This document shows positions 55,247 through 64,000 of a stretch of DNA of 64,000 nucleotides, in pieces (positions within the stretch are counted from its first letter, which is position 1; the number at the start of each line of letters is the position of its first letter). The notes beneath the pieces are model-generated. The model ran no database searches. It had not been told where the DNA came from and worked only from the letters and a program-made list of their open reading frames with translations. This DNA is from Thermoanaerobaculia bacterium (GTDB lineage Bacteria; Acidobacteriota; Thermoanaerobaculia; Multivoradales; JAGPDF01): contig CAWGFP010000007.1 in the NCBI GenBank assembly GCA_963821905.1, positions 35,116 through 99,115 of the forward strand, given 5' to 3'. The position numbers and the translations under genes are program-made.

Positions 55247-55945
55247 AGCGCACGTCGCGATACCACTTCGCCAGCCGCTCTGGCGATACGCCGCAGGCGA
55301 ACATCGTCCAGAGCACCCAGTTGAGCGCCACCGTCCGCGCGGGGCCGCGAGCCGCGAACGGCGCGCCGAGGTGACGACTGGCGGCGAGAGGATGACGGTC
55401 TTCCCGGACCGCCGCAGCCGGCGCGCGAAATCGAGGTCCTCGAGGATCGGCCAGGGCGGAAACCCCCCGAGACGCTCGAAGAGCTCCCGCCGGACGAACT
55501 GTGCCTGATCGCCCAATGCGAGCCTGGTCCACCGGCTGCGGAGATTCACCGTCGCGGCGCCCAGGCGATACACCAGCGCGTCGGCGTCGAAGCGCACCTG
55601 GAAGCGCCGCCCTGCGCGCCGGCCCCGATCGCGGTGCGCACCCGCGACACCGCCTCGTCTGGCAGGGCGGTGTCGGCGTGGAGGAAAAGCAGCACCTCGC
55701 CGCGCGCCTGGGCGGCGCCGCGGTTCAGCTGCGGTCCGCGGCCAGCGGATCCTTCGACCACGCGAGCGCCCAGCGACCGTGCCAACGCCACCGTGCGATC
55801 GCGGCTGCCGCCGTCCGAGACCACGACTTCGTCGGCTTGCGGCCAGCGTCCGCGGCAGCCGCTCGCCGAGCGCCGGCTCCTCGTCGAGAGTCGGCACCAC
55901 GATCGAAACCGAGAGCGGATCCGTCAGCGGGTCGAGGGCGGTCAT
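55245..55945 (-). CDS. family 2 glycosyltransferase (TIGR04283-like), frame changes
   Basis: [112 protein letters not shown], spread over 3 frames. Confidence 0.7.
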
Positions 55946-55980
55946 GGGCGGCGCTGCTAGCATAGCCAGCGGCCGGAGCC

Positions 55981-56459
55981 ATGACAGCGCCTCGATCCTT
56001 CAGCCATCTCGACGCCACGGCCGCGCCGCCATGGTCGACGTGTCGGACAAGCCGGTGACCCGCCGCGAAGCCGAGGCGTCGTGCCGCGTCGTGTTGTCGC
56101 AGCGCCACCGTGGTGCGGCTCTCGACGTTGCCCAAAGGCGACGCCTTCACGGTGGCGCGGCTGGCGGGCATCCAGGGCGCCAAGCGCACCGCCGAGCTGG
56201 TGCCGCTGGCGCATCCGCTGCCGCTCGACCAGATCGAGGTCGAGGTCAGCGCGGCGCCGCACGGCGTCGACATCCGCAGCCGCGGGTCGTCACCACCGCG
56301 CGCACCGGCGCCGAGATGGAAGCGCTGGCCGCGTGCGCCACCGCGGCGCTCGCGCTCTACGACATGGTCAAGGCGGTCGAGCGCGACGCCACCATCACCG
56401 ACCTGCGGCTCGAAGCCAAGAGCGGCGGCCGGAGCGGCGACTACCGGCGCGGCTCGTGA
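55981..56459 (+). CDS. moaC: cyclic pyranopterin monophosphate synthase MoaC, frame changes
   Basis: [106 protein letters not shown]. Confidence 0.85.
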
Positions 56460-57641
56460 TCGCTACCGGTCTCGAACGACTGCTCGACGACATCCGGCGC
56501 GCTGGCTGGGCGCCGCTACGGTCTGCTCGCCCACGGCGCGTCGCTCACCGCCGACCTGGTGCCGGCGCACCTCGCCGCTGCGCGGCGCGGCTGCCAGCCC
56601 GCGGCGCTCTTCGGTCCCGAGCACGGCTACTACGGCGTCGAGCAGGACATGGTCGCCTCGCGACAGCGAGCGCGATCCCTGGACCGGCGCGCCGATCCTC
56701 TCGCTGTACGGCTGACAACGAGTCCTCGCTGCGCCCGGATCCGGCCGCGTTCGCGGTCTCGACCTGCTGCTGATCGATCTGCAGGACGTCGGCGCGCGCT
56801 ATTACACCTTCGCCGCGACCGCGGTCTGGGCGGCCGAGGCGGCGCTGCGCGCCGGCTGCGAGGTGTGGGTGCTCGACCGTCCCAATCCACTGGGCGGCGA
56901 CGAGATCGAGGGGAATCTGCCGGCGCCGGGTTTCGAATCCTTCGTCGGCGCGTTCAGCATGCCGGTCCGCCACGGGCTGACTCTCGGCGAGATCGTGCTG
57001 CTCGAAGCGCGACGCGGCGGGCTGGGCCGCGGTGCCGCGCACGTGGCCATGCAGGGCTGGCGGCGCGAGATGCTCTGGCACGAAACCGGGCTGCCCTGGA
57101 TCGCGCCGTCGCCCAACATGCCGACGGCGCGGACCGCCGTGATCTACCCCGGCGGCTGCCTGATCGAGGCAACCGAGATCTCCGAGGGTCGCGGCACGAC
57201 GCGGCCATTCCACCTGGTGGGCGCTCCGGGATCGACCCGCCGGCGCTTGCCGAGTGCCTCGACTCAGCGCGGCTCGAAGGCGTGTCCTTCGTGCCGACCT
57301 ATTTCCGGCCGCAGTTCCAGAAGCACCGAGGCGGAGTCTGCGGCGGCGTGGAGCTCGTGGTGACCGACCCGGCGCGGTTCGCCCCCTACCGCTGCGGCGT
57401 GGCCCTGCTCGCCGCGCTGCGCGCCGTCTCGCCACAGGCATTCGCCTGGCGCACGGCGCCCTACGAGTTCGTGATCGACCGGCCGGCGATCGATCTCCTC
57501 ACCGGCGGCACGGAGTGCCGCAACCTGCTCGAGGCCGCCGGCGACCTCGAAGGATGGATGTCCTCCTGGGAAGCAGACCAGACGGCGTTCCGCGAGGAGC
57601 GAGCGGCAGTGCTGCTCTATCCCGAGCGCGTCGCTTCCTAG
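56456..57641 (+). CDS. DUF1343 domain-containing protein (NamZ-like exo-beta-N-acetylmuramidase family), frame changes
   Basis: GTGA overlap with the moaC stop. Motifs: [29 protein letters not shown] (shifted frame), [34 protein letters not shown], and [16 protein letters not shown] near the end. Confidence 0.75.
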
Positions 57642-57785
57642 GCAGCATCCTCGGCCGCCGCAGCGGCTTGCATCCGCCCCGCCCCCGCCACCGTTTCGCC
57701 ACGATCGACTGATGAAGTGCTTTCACTCGAGGATGGCTATGAAACAATGCCGCGGTGCGGAAAAGAGTTCCATGGGAAGCCCTTC

Positions 57786-58872
57786 ATGACTGAACCGATT
57801 CGCTTTTTCCTGCCCGGCCCGAGCTACGTGCCCGAGGACATTCGCCAGGCGATGACCGGCCCGATGATCGGCCATCGCTCGGCTGCTTTCAGAGAGATCT
57901 ACGGCCGCATCGCGGTGCGCTGCCCGCGGTGCTGCGCACCGCCGGGGACGGCATGTTCGCGACCGGTAGCTCCACGCTGCTGATGGAAGCAGCGGTCGCT
58001 TCCTGCGTCGAGCGCGACGTGCTGCACCTGGTCAACGGCGATTTCTCGAGCCGCTGGCTGGCGATCAGCAAGTCGCTGGGCAAGGAAGCGGACGCCATCG
58101 AAGTGCCGCTGGGGGAGGCGGCGACGCCGGAGCTGGTGCGTGCGGCATTGCGCCGCAAGCGCTACGAAGCCGTGGCGCTGGTGCACAACGAGACCTCCAC
58201 CGGCGTGATCTCGCCGCTCGCCGAGATCGCGGCCACGGTGCGCGCCGAAAGCGATGCCTTGATCCTGGTCGATACCGTCTCGTCGCTGGGTGGCGCGCCG
58301 GTCGAGACCGACGCTTGGGGCCTGGACGTCGTGCTGGCCGGCACTCAGAAGGCCCTGGCATTGCCGCCCGGGCTCGCCGTCTTCTCGCTCTCCGAGCGGG
58401 CCGCGGAGCGCGCCGCCAAGGTGACCCGCCGCGGTTACTACACCGACTTGCTGCGCTATCGCGCCAAGCATCGCGAGGGCGGCACCATCACCACGCCGGC
58501 GTTGTCGCTGGTCTACGCCCTCGATGCGCAGCTCGAGCGCATCCTCGCCGAGGGTATCGAGGCGCGTTGGCAGCGCCATCGCGGGCTGGCCGAGCGCACG
58601 GCGCAGTGGGCCGCCGAGCGGGGATTCGTCTACGCCACCCGCGAGGCGGCGTGCGCTCGCCGACCGTCTCCTGTCTCCGGCCGCCCGATGGCTGCGCGGC
58701 GCCGGGCTTGGTGAAACAGCTGGCGGCGCGCGGCTTCACGGTCGGGGGCGGTTACGGCGAGTGGAAGGCGTCGACGTTTCGCATCGGTCACATGGGCGAA
58801 GTGCGGTTGAGCGATCTCGACCTGTTGCTCGAGACCATCGACCAAGTGGTGCCGGCGTGCATCGCATCCTGA
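57786..58872 (+). CDS. class V PLP aminotransferase (serine-pyruvate / phosphoserine aminotransferase type), frame changes
   Basis: MTEPIRFFLPGPSYVPEDIRQAM, HNETSTGVISPLAEIA, LVDTVSSLGGAPVETDAWGLDVVLAGTQKALALPPGLAVFSLS, and the tail FRIGHMGEV. It sits directly upstream of and overlapping serA. Confidence 0.8.
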
Positions 58873-60441
58873 TTGCCGATCCGCTCGACCCTGCCGGGCT
58901 CGAGCTGCTGCGCGCCTCGGGCGCCGAGGTGCGCGAGGTGACCTCCGCCGAGCGGCCGCGGCTCGCCGAGATCATCGGCGAGTACGACGCCCTGGTGGTA
59001 CGCAGCATGACGCAAGGTCGATCGCGCTCTGCTCACCGCCGGACGGAATCTCAAGGTGGTCGGCCGCGCCGGCATCGGCGTCGACAACGTCGACGTGCAG
59101 GCGGCGACCGAGCTCGGCATCCTGGTGGTCAACGCACCGACCGCCAACGTCACCTCCGCCACCGAGCACACCTTCGCTCTCCTGCTGGCGCTGGCCCGCC
59201 GGGTGCCGGCCGCGGACGCGGCGATGAAGAATGCCGTCTGGGATCGCAAGAGCTTCCTCGGCCTGGAGCTCCAGGGCAAGACGATCGGCGTGGTGGGCTT
59301 CGGCCGCATCGGTCAACGTGTCGCGGCGCGGGCGCGCGGCTTCGAAATGCACGTCCTCGCCTACGACCCTTTTCTCGAGGGCGCCATCATCCGCCGCTTC
59401 GACGCCGAGCCGTTGCCGCTCGATCAACTGCTCGAGCGCGCGGACGTGGTGACGCTGCACACGCCGCTCACCGAGGAGACCAAGGGCTTGCTCGACGCGC
59501 GCCGCATCGGCCTGATGAAGCCGGGAGCGCTCCTGATCAACTGCGCCCGCGGCGGACTGGTGGACGAGCCGGCGCTGCTCGCGGCGCTCGAGGCAGGCCG
59601 CCTCGAAGGCGCCGCTCTCGACGTGTTCGCCGACGAGCCGCCCAAGGACTACTCCTTGGCCCGTCACCCGCGAGTGGTGGCCACCCCGCACCTCGGTGCC
59701 CAGACCCGCGAGGCGCAGGAGCGGATCTCGACTGAAACCGCCAAGATGCTGCTCGCGGCGCTCGCCGGATCGCTCGAGGTCACCGCGGTGAACCTGCCTT
59801 TTGGCGGCGCCGGCACGCGCGGCGAGCCCTATCTTCGACTGGGCGAGCAGCTCGGCCGGCTCGCCAGCCTGCTGCTCGGCGGCAGCGTTTCGCGGCTGCA
59901 TGTCGACCTCTGGGGAATGGAGGAGACGCTGCGCCGCCCGCTGAGCGTGGCAGTGCTCAAGGGGGCGCTGACGCCGTTCCTGGGCGAGAACGTCAACTAT
60001 GTCAACGCCGAAGTGGTGGCGGAGAGCCGCGGCATCGAGATCGTCCAGGCGGTCCACATGCAGCCCTCTGAGTACTCGCACCTGGTGCAGGTCGAAGTGG
60101 CGGGTGAGCGGGGCAGCGTGGCGCTGGCGGGGACGTTGTTCGGCGAACGCGACGCGCGGGTGGTGCGTTTCGAGGGTTTCCGGCTCGAGTTCCGTCCGTC
60201 TGGACGGCTGCTCGTGCTGCGCAACCGCGACGTTCCGGGCGTGGTCGGCAAGCTGGGCACCATCCTGGGCGAAGGAGCGGTGAACATCGCCGAGATCCAT
60301 CTCGCGCGGCACGACGGCGAAAGCGACGCCATGGCCGTGCTGCGCCTCGATCAAGCGCCGTCGGAAGCCGTGCTGGAGCGGCTGCGAGCCCAGCCCGAAG
60401 TGCGAGAAGTGCGGCTGGCGGATATGGGAGGGAGCAACTGA
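58857..60441 (+). CDS. serA: D-3-phosphoglycerate dehydrogenase with a C-terminal ACT domain (one frame change near 59010-59050)
   Basis: VHRILIADPLDPAGLELL, VGRAGIGVDNVDVQAATELGILVVNAP, GKTIGVVGFGRIGQRVA, HTPLTEETKGL, INCARGGLVDE, and the ACT-like tail LLVLRNRDVPGVVGKLGTILGE. Confidence 0.9.
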
Positions 60442-61553
60442 TGGCCTTGGTCGGCTTGGTTTTCGGCGGCCGTTCGGTCGAGCACGAAGTCTCCATCGTT
60501 TCGGCGCGCACCGTTGCCAAGGCGCTCGCCGATGCCGGTCACACCGTGCTGCCGCTGGCCCTGGCGCAGGACGGCTCCTGGGTCGGCGCCGAGGCGTCGC
60601 GCGCCGCTCTCGCCGGTGGGGTCAAGGCGATCGAGCCGCTCGGATTGCCGGTGGTGGCTACCGTCCGCCATCTGCTGACCGCCCCGTGCGAGGTGCTGTT
60701 TCCCATCACCCACGGCACCTGGGGAGAGGACGGCACGCTCCAGGGCCTGTTCGAGATGCTCGACCTCGCCTACGTCGGAGCCGGGGTCGCGGCGAGCGCC
60801 GTGGCCATGGACAAGCGGCTGAGCAAGGAACTGCACCGCGCGGCCGGCATCCCGGTGGTGGATTTCTGGGCGTGCGGTCGAGGCGAATGGGACGCGCGTC
60901 GCGAGGCGGTGCTCGAGCGGCTGGCCAAGGCGCCTCTGCCGCTCTTCGTGAAGCCCTCCGTGGGCGGCTCGAGCGTCGGCATCCGGCGCGTCGAGTCGTT
61001 CGAAGATCTCGCGGCGGCGATCGATTTCGCTTTCGGCTTCGATGACAGCGTGCTGATCGAGCGCGGGGTGGTGGGGGGCCGCGAGCTCGAGGTCGCCGTG
61101 GCCGGCTACCCGCAGCTCGAAGCCGCGCGGGCGATCGGCGAGATCGTCCCCGGCAACGAGTTCTACGACTACGAGGACAAGTACCTGAGCGACCGCGCCC
61201 GGTTGCTGGCGCCGGCCGAGGTCGATGCCGAGACCGGCGAGCGCCTGCGCGCGCTGGCGGTCGATGCCTTCGCGGCGATCGGCGGCACCGGTATGGCGCG
61301 AGTGGACTTCTTCCTGGTCGAGGAGAACGGCGCGCCGCGGCTCTACGTCAACGAGATCAACACGCTCCCGGGGTTTACCCGCATCTCGATGTTTCCCCGC
61401 CTGTGGGAGCTTTCCGGAGTTTCCAACGCCCAACTGGTGGATCGCCTGGTGCGCGACGCGATCACGCGCCACGCCGACCGCCGCCGGCTCGACACCGGCA
61501 TCAAGCAGTTTCTCGCCGATCTGGCGCGGCGCGAAGGTGTCGGCCGCAGCTGA
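60441..61553 (+). CDS. ddl: D-alanine--D-alanine ligase
   Basis: Intact 370-aa ORF with ATGA overlap with serA: VGLVFGGRSVEHEVSIVSA, HGTWGEDGTLQGLFE, LPLFVKPSVGGSSVGI, EINTLPGFT. Confidence 0.95.
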   Translation: MALVGLVFGGRSVEHEVSIVSARTVAKALADAGHTVLPLALAQDGSWVGAEASRAALAGGVKAIEPLGLPVVATVRHLLTAPCEVLFPITHGTWGEDGTLQGLFEMLDLAYVGAGVAASAVAMDKRLSKELHRAAGIPVVDFWACGRGEWDARREAVLERLAKAPLPLFVKPSVGGSSVGIRRVESFEDLAAAIDFAFGFDDSVLIERGVVGGRELEVAVAGYPQLEAARAIGEIVPGNEFYDYEDKYLSDRARLLAPAEVDAETGERLRALAVDAFAAIGGTGMARVDFFLVEENGAPRLYVNEINTLPGFTRISMFPRLWELSGVSNAQLVDRLVRDAITRHADRRRLDTGIKQFLADLARREGVGRS

Positions 61554-61565
61554 GCCGCGTGGCGC

Positions 61566-62189
61566 TCAGCGCAGGGTGACGACGAGCGCCGACAAGCCCA
61601 GGCGGAGCAGTTCGAGACGCAGCTCCTCGGCTTCGCTGCGCCGGCCGAAGGTGCCCACCTGCACCCGGTGCCAGGTGCCGTCGTCGGAGATCTGGGTTTC
61701 GGGATAGCGCCGCCGCAGATCCTCCGCTACAGCCTGGGCGCGGTCGGCATCGCCGAAGGCTGCCACCTGCACCGTGTAGCGCGGCGAATCCTCGGTGACC
61801 GCGTCATAGCGCAGGACCTTCAGCTCCACCCGCGCGGTGCCCGGGCCGACCATCTCGATGGCCTCTGCGGCGGCGCGCGAGAGGTCGATCACCCGCTTCT
61901 TGCGGAACGGGCCGCGGTCGTTGATCCGCACCACCACGCTGCGGTCGTTGTCGAGATTGCGCACCTCGACCAGGGTATTGAACGGCAGCGTCTTGTGGGC
62001 GGCGGTGAGGCGGTCCATGTCGTAGCGCTCGCCGTTGGCGGTCCGCTTGCCGTGAAAGGTGGGTCCGTACCAGGAGGCCATGCCGGTGACCTTGGTGCCC
62101 GGCTCGGGCGGCCGCTTGGGGCCCGAGCTCGCGCAGCCGGCGGCGAGCAACGCCGCGGTGCATGCGGCGGCTAGCAGGCCCCGGGTCAC
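61566..62189 (-). CDS. rlpA: septal ring lytic transglycosylase RlpA family lipoprotein with a SPOR domain
   Basis: Lipobox LLAAGC, the DPBB domain GMASWYGPTFHGKRTANGERYD...VRINDRGPF, and the C-terminal SPOR-like YTVQVAAFGDADRAQAVAEDL...HRVQVGTF. Confidence 0.85.
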   Translation of the reverse strand: MTRGLLAAACTAALLAAGCASSGPKRPPEPGTKVTGMASWYGPTFHGKRTANGERYDMDRLTAAHKTLPFNTLVEVRNLDNDRSVVVRINDRGPFRKKRVIDLSRAAAEAIEMVGPGTARVELKVLRYDAVTEDSPRYTVQVAAFGDADRAQAVAEDLRRRYPETQISDDGTWHRVQVGTFGRRSEAEELRLELLRLGLSALVVTLR

Positions 62190-63626
62190 ACCCGCGGCTC
62201 CTCGACGGGCGCGGCTTCGATGCCGGCGAGCGCAGGCTCGACGACTTCGGCGACGAACTCGTCGACCTGCTGCGCCGAGCGGCCGGTAAAGGCGTGGGCG
62301 TCGATCCAGCCGTCGATCTCGCGCCGGCTCATGCGGAAATCGGGATCGGCGGCGATGGCGTCGAGCAGGTGGTTCTTGCCGCCCGCTTCGAGACTGGACT
62401 GCGCCTCGAGGCTGTAGCGGCGAATGCGCTCGTGCAATTCCTGGCGGTCACCGCCGCGCAGCGCGGCCTCCATGAGCAGCGTCTCGGTGGCCATGAACGG
62501 GAGCTCGCGATCGACCCGCGCCTGGGTGGCGGCGGGCCGCACTTGCAGACCCGCGGCGATGTGCGCCGCAAGGCCGAGGATGGCGTCGGCGCAGAGGAAC
62601 GAGTCGGGCAGCACCAGCCGGCGGTTCGCCGAATCGTCCAGACTGCGCTCGAGCCACTGCGTGGCAGTGTTCAGATGGACCGTGCGAGCGAATCGGTGAT
62701 CAGCCGCCGCGCCAAGCCGCACATGCGTTCGGCGCGCACCGGGTTGCGCTTGTAGGCCATCGCCGAGGATCCCACCTGGCCGGCGTCGAAGGGCTCGGCG
62801 AGCTCGCCGACACCCTGCAGCAGCCGCAGGTCGGTGCCCATCTTGTGGCAGCTCTCGGCGACTCCGGCGAGCGCGGCGAGGATCTGGCTGTCCTGCTTGC
62901 GCGAATAGGTCTGGCCGGTGACGGCGAACGAGGCGGTGAAGCCGATGCGCTCGGCGAGCCTCTGGTCGAGCGCCCGCACCTTGGCGTGGTCGCCGTGGAA
63001 CAGGGTCAGGAAACTCGCCTGGGTGCCGGTGGTGCCCTTGACGCCGCGGCAACGCAGGGTCGCCAGGCGATGGCGGAGCTCGCCGAGATCGAGGATGAAG
63101 TCCTGGAGCCAGAGACAGGCGCGCTTGCCGACGGTGGTCAGCTGGGCGGGCTGGAAATGAGTGTAGGCGAGGCAGGGTAGCTCGCGATGACGCCGGGCGA
63201 AGGTCGAGAGCTCGCGGGCCACGGTCGCCATGCGCTGGGCGAGCAATTCGAGGCCGGCGCGGGCGATCAGTACGTCGGTGTTGTCGGTGATGAAGGCGCT
63301 GAAGTGGCGCCAAGGTGAAGGATGCCACCGGCAGTCGGCTCGTAGCGCGAGGCTTGCTCCGCGAAGTGACGCAGGTGGGCGACCACGTCATGGCGCGTCT
63401 CGCGCTCGAGCTCCGCGACGCGATCGAGGTCGATCTCCGGAGCGGCTCGGCGCAGCGCCTCGAGCTGCTCGCGGGTGATCGGCAGCCCGAGCTCGGCCTC
63501 GCACTCGGCGAGGGCGATCCACAACCGCCGCCATTGGCGGAAACGGTTGTCGGCCGAGAAGAGCGCCGCCATCTCGCGCGAGGCATACCTCTCGTACAGC
63601 GGATTCTGCGGCTGCGCGCTGGTCAT
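62186..63626 (-). CDS. purB: adenylosuccinate lyase, frame changes
   Basis: ATG at 63624-63626 gives [24 protein letters not shown]. Further motifs are [25 protein letters not shown] and the signature [17 protein letters not shown]. The C-terminal domain is in a third frame. The stop overlaps the rlpA start (GTGA). Confidence 0.9.
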
Positions 63627-63651
63627 CAGGACGCCGTTAGTATAAGCCCCG

Positions 63652-64000
63652 GTGCCTCCTCGGGTCGAGCAGAAGCGGGTCCCGCGCGGCGGCGGCGCGC
63701 GGCGGCTGGTGGTTGCCGCGCTGGGCGGCAACGTGCTGCTGCGCCCGGACGACGGCGGCGACTTCGCGACCCAGCGCCGCCGAGCGCGCGAAGCGGCGCG
63801 CGGATTGTGCGCCCTGGCGAGCCGTGCCGATCTCCTGGTGGTGCACGGCAACGGTCCACAGGTGGGCAATGCTCTGTTGCGCGCTGCCGCGGCGCCCGCG
63901 CTGCCGCCGCCTCCGCTCGACGTCGCGGTGGCTTCAACCGCCGGTGAGATCGGCTATCTGCTCGCCGAGGCGTTGCAGGCCGAGCTCGCGGCGGCCGGCC
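63652..64000 (+). CDS. arcC: carbamate kinase, N-terminal part (runs off window end)
   Basis: The frame is open from the stop at 63643-63645 to the window end, with a GTG at 63652. It reads LVVAALGGNVLLRPDD...LLVVHGNGPQVGNALL...PPPLDVAVASTAGEIGYLL, which matches the carbamate kinase N-terminus. Confidence 0.7.
   Translation, partial: MPPRVEQKRVPRGGGARRLVVAALGGNVLLRPDDGGDFATQRRRAREAARGLCALASRADLLVVHGNGPQVGNALLRAAAAPALPPPPLDVAVASTAGEIGYLLAEALQAELAAAG

Noticed and set aside
55946-55980. A Moco riboswitch upstream of moaC.
   Set aside because: Only 35 nt separate moaC from the divergent glycosyltransferase start, far too short for the ~130-nt Moco motif.

Overview
This is a GC-rich (roughly two-thirds G+C by eye) bacterial chromosomal segment, densely coding on both strands. 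It holds about 55 protein genes plus tRNA-Lys(CTT) and tRNA-Leu(TAG). I saw no rRNA, CRISPR array, transposase, integrase or phage genes. The content is mostly core metabolism and housekeeping. On the minus strand at 1-5322 there is a beta-oxidation-like block (crotonases, thiolase, aldehyde dehydrogenase, class I amidotransferase). Next come a di-haem DUF1111 oxidoreductase, a DPP III-like zinc peptidase, and the classic tRNA-Leu/tig/clpP/clpX/lon/engB/rho block. After that are the futalosine-pathway genes mqnA and an MqnC-type radical SAM enzyme, interleaved with a thioredoxin-like ferredoxin and a 7-haem cytochrome c-TPR protein. Lysine catabolism is represented by lat and an ALDH7-type dehydrogenase, with a TonB-dependent receptor and an O-antigen-ligase-like protein between them. 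A GAF-GGDEF cyclase sits directly behind a complete moxR/DUF58/DUF4381/batA/batB/batC/batD aerotolerance-type operon. The rest comprises rsmA, ftsK, a DUF11-repeat surface protein, two tandem PilT-family ATPases, fmt-rsmB, HU, moaC, a DUF1343 protein, a serC-like aminotransferase, serA, ddl, rlpA, purB and the start of a carbamate kinase. The dominant technical feature is a patchy pattern of +/-1 nt frame changes that shred many essential genes (tig, clpP, clpX, lon, ftsK, pilT, moxR, purB, serA and others) while neighbouring stretches are clean. I read this as homopolymer-type sequence error rather than biology. Coordinates of affected genes are therefore envelopes reconstructed from several frames. 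I did not find a compelling new multi-gene system. The best leads are: (1) a PilT-type ATPase with an N-terminal extension carrying a near-consensus MshEN-like c-di-GMP-binding motif; (2) an IPTL-CTERM-like sorting signal buried inside a 762-aa DUF11 ORF; (3) a GAF-GGDEF gene in the terminal position of the Bat operon; (4) a REP-like palindrome downstream of rho; (5) a truncated amidohydrolase start abutting an AT-rich palindromic junction. All functional calls rest on motif recognition by eye from the translations, and no database search was possible.
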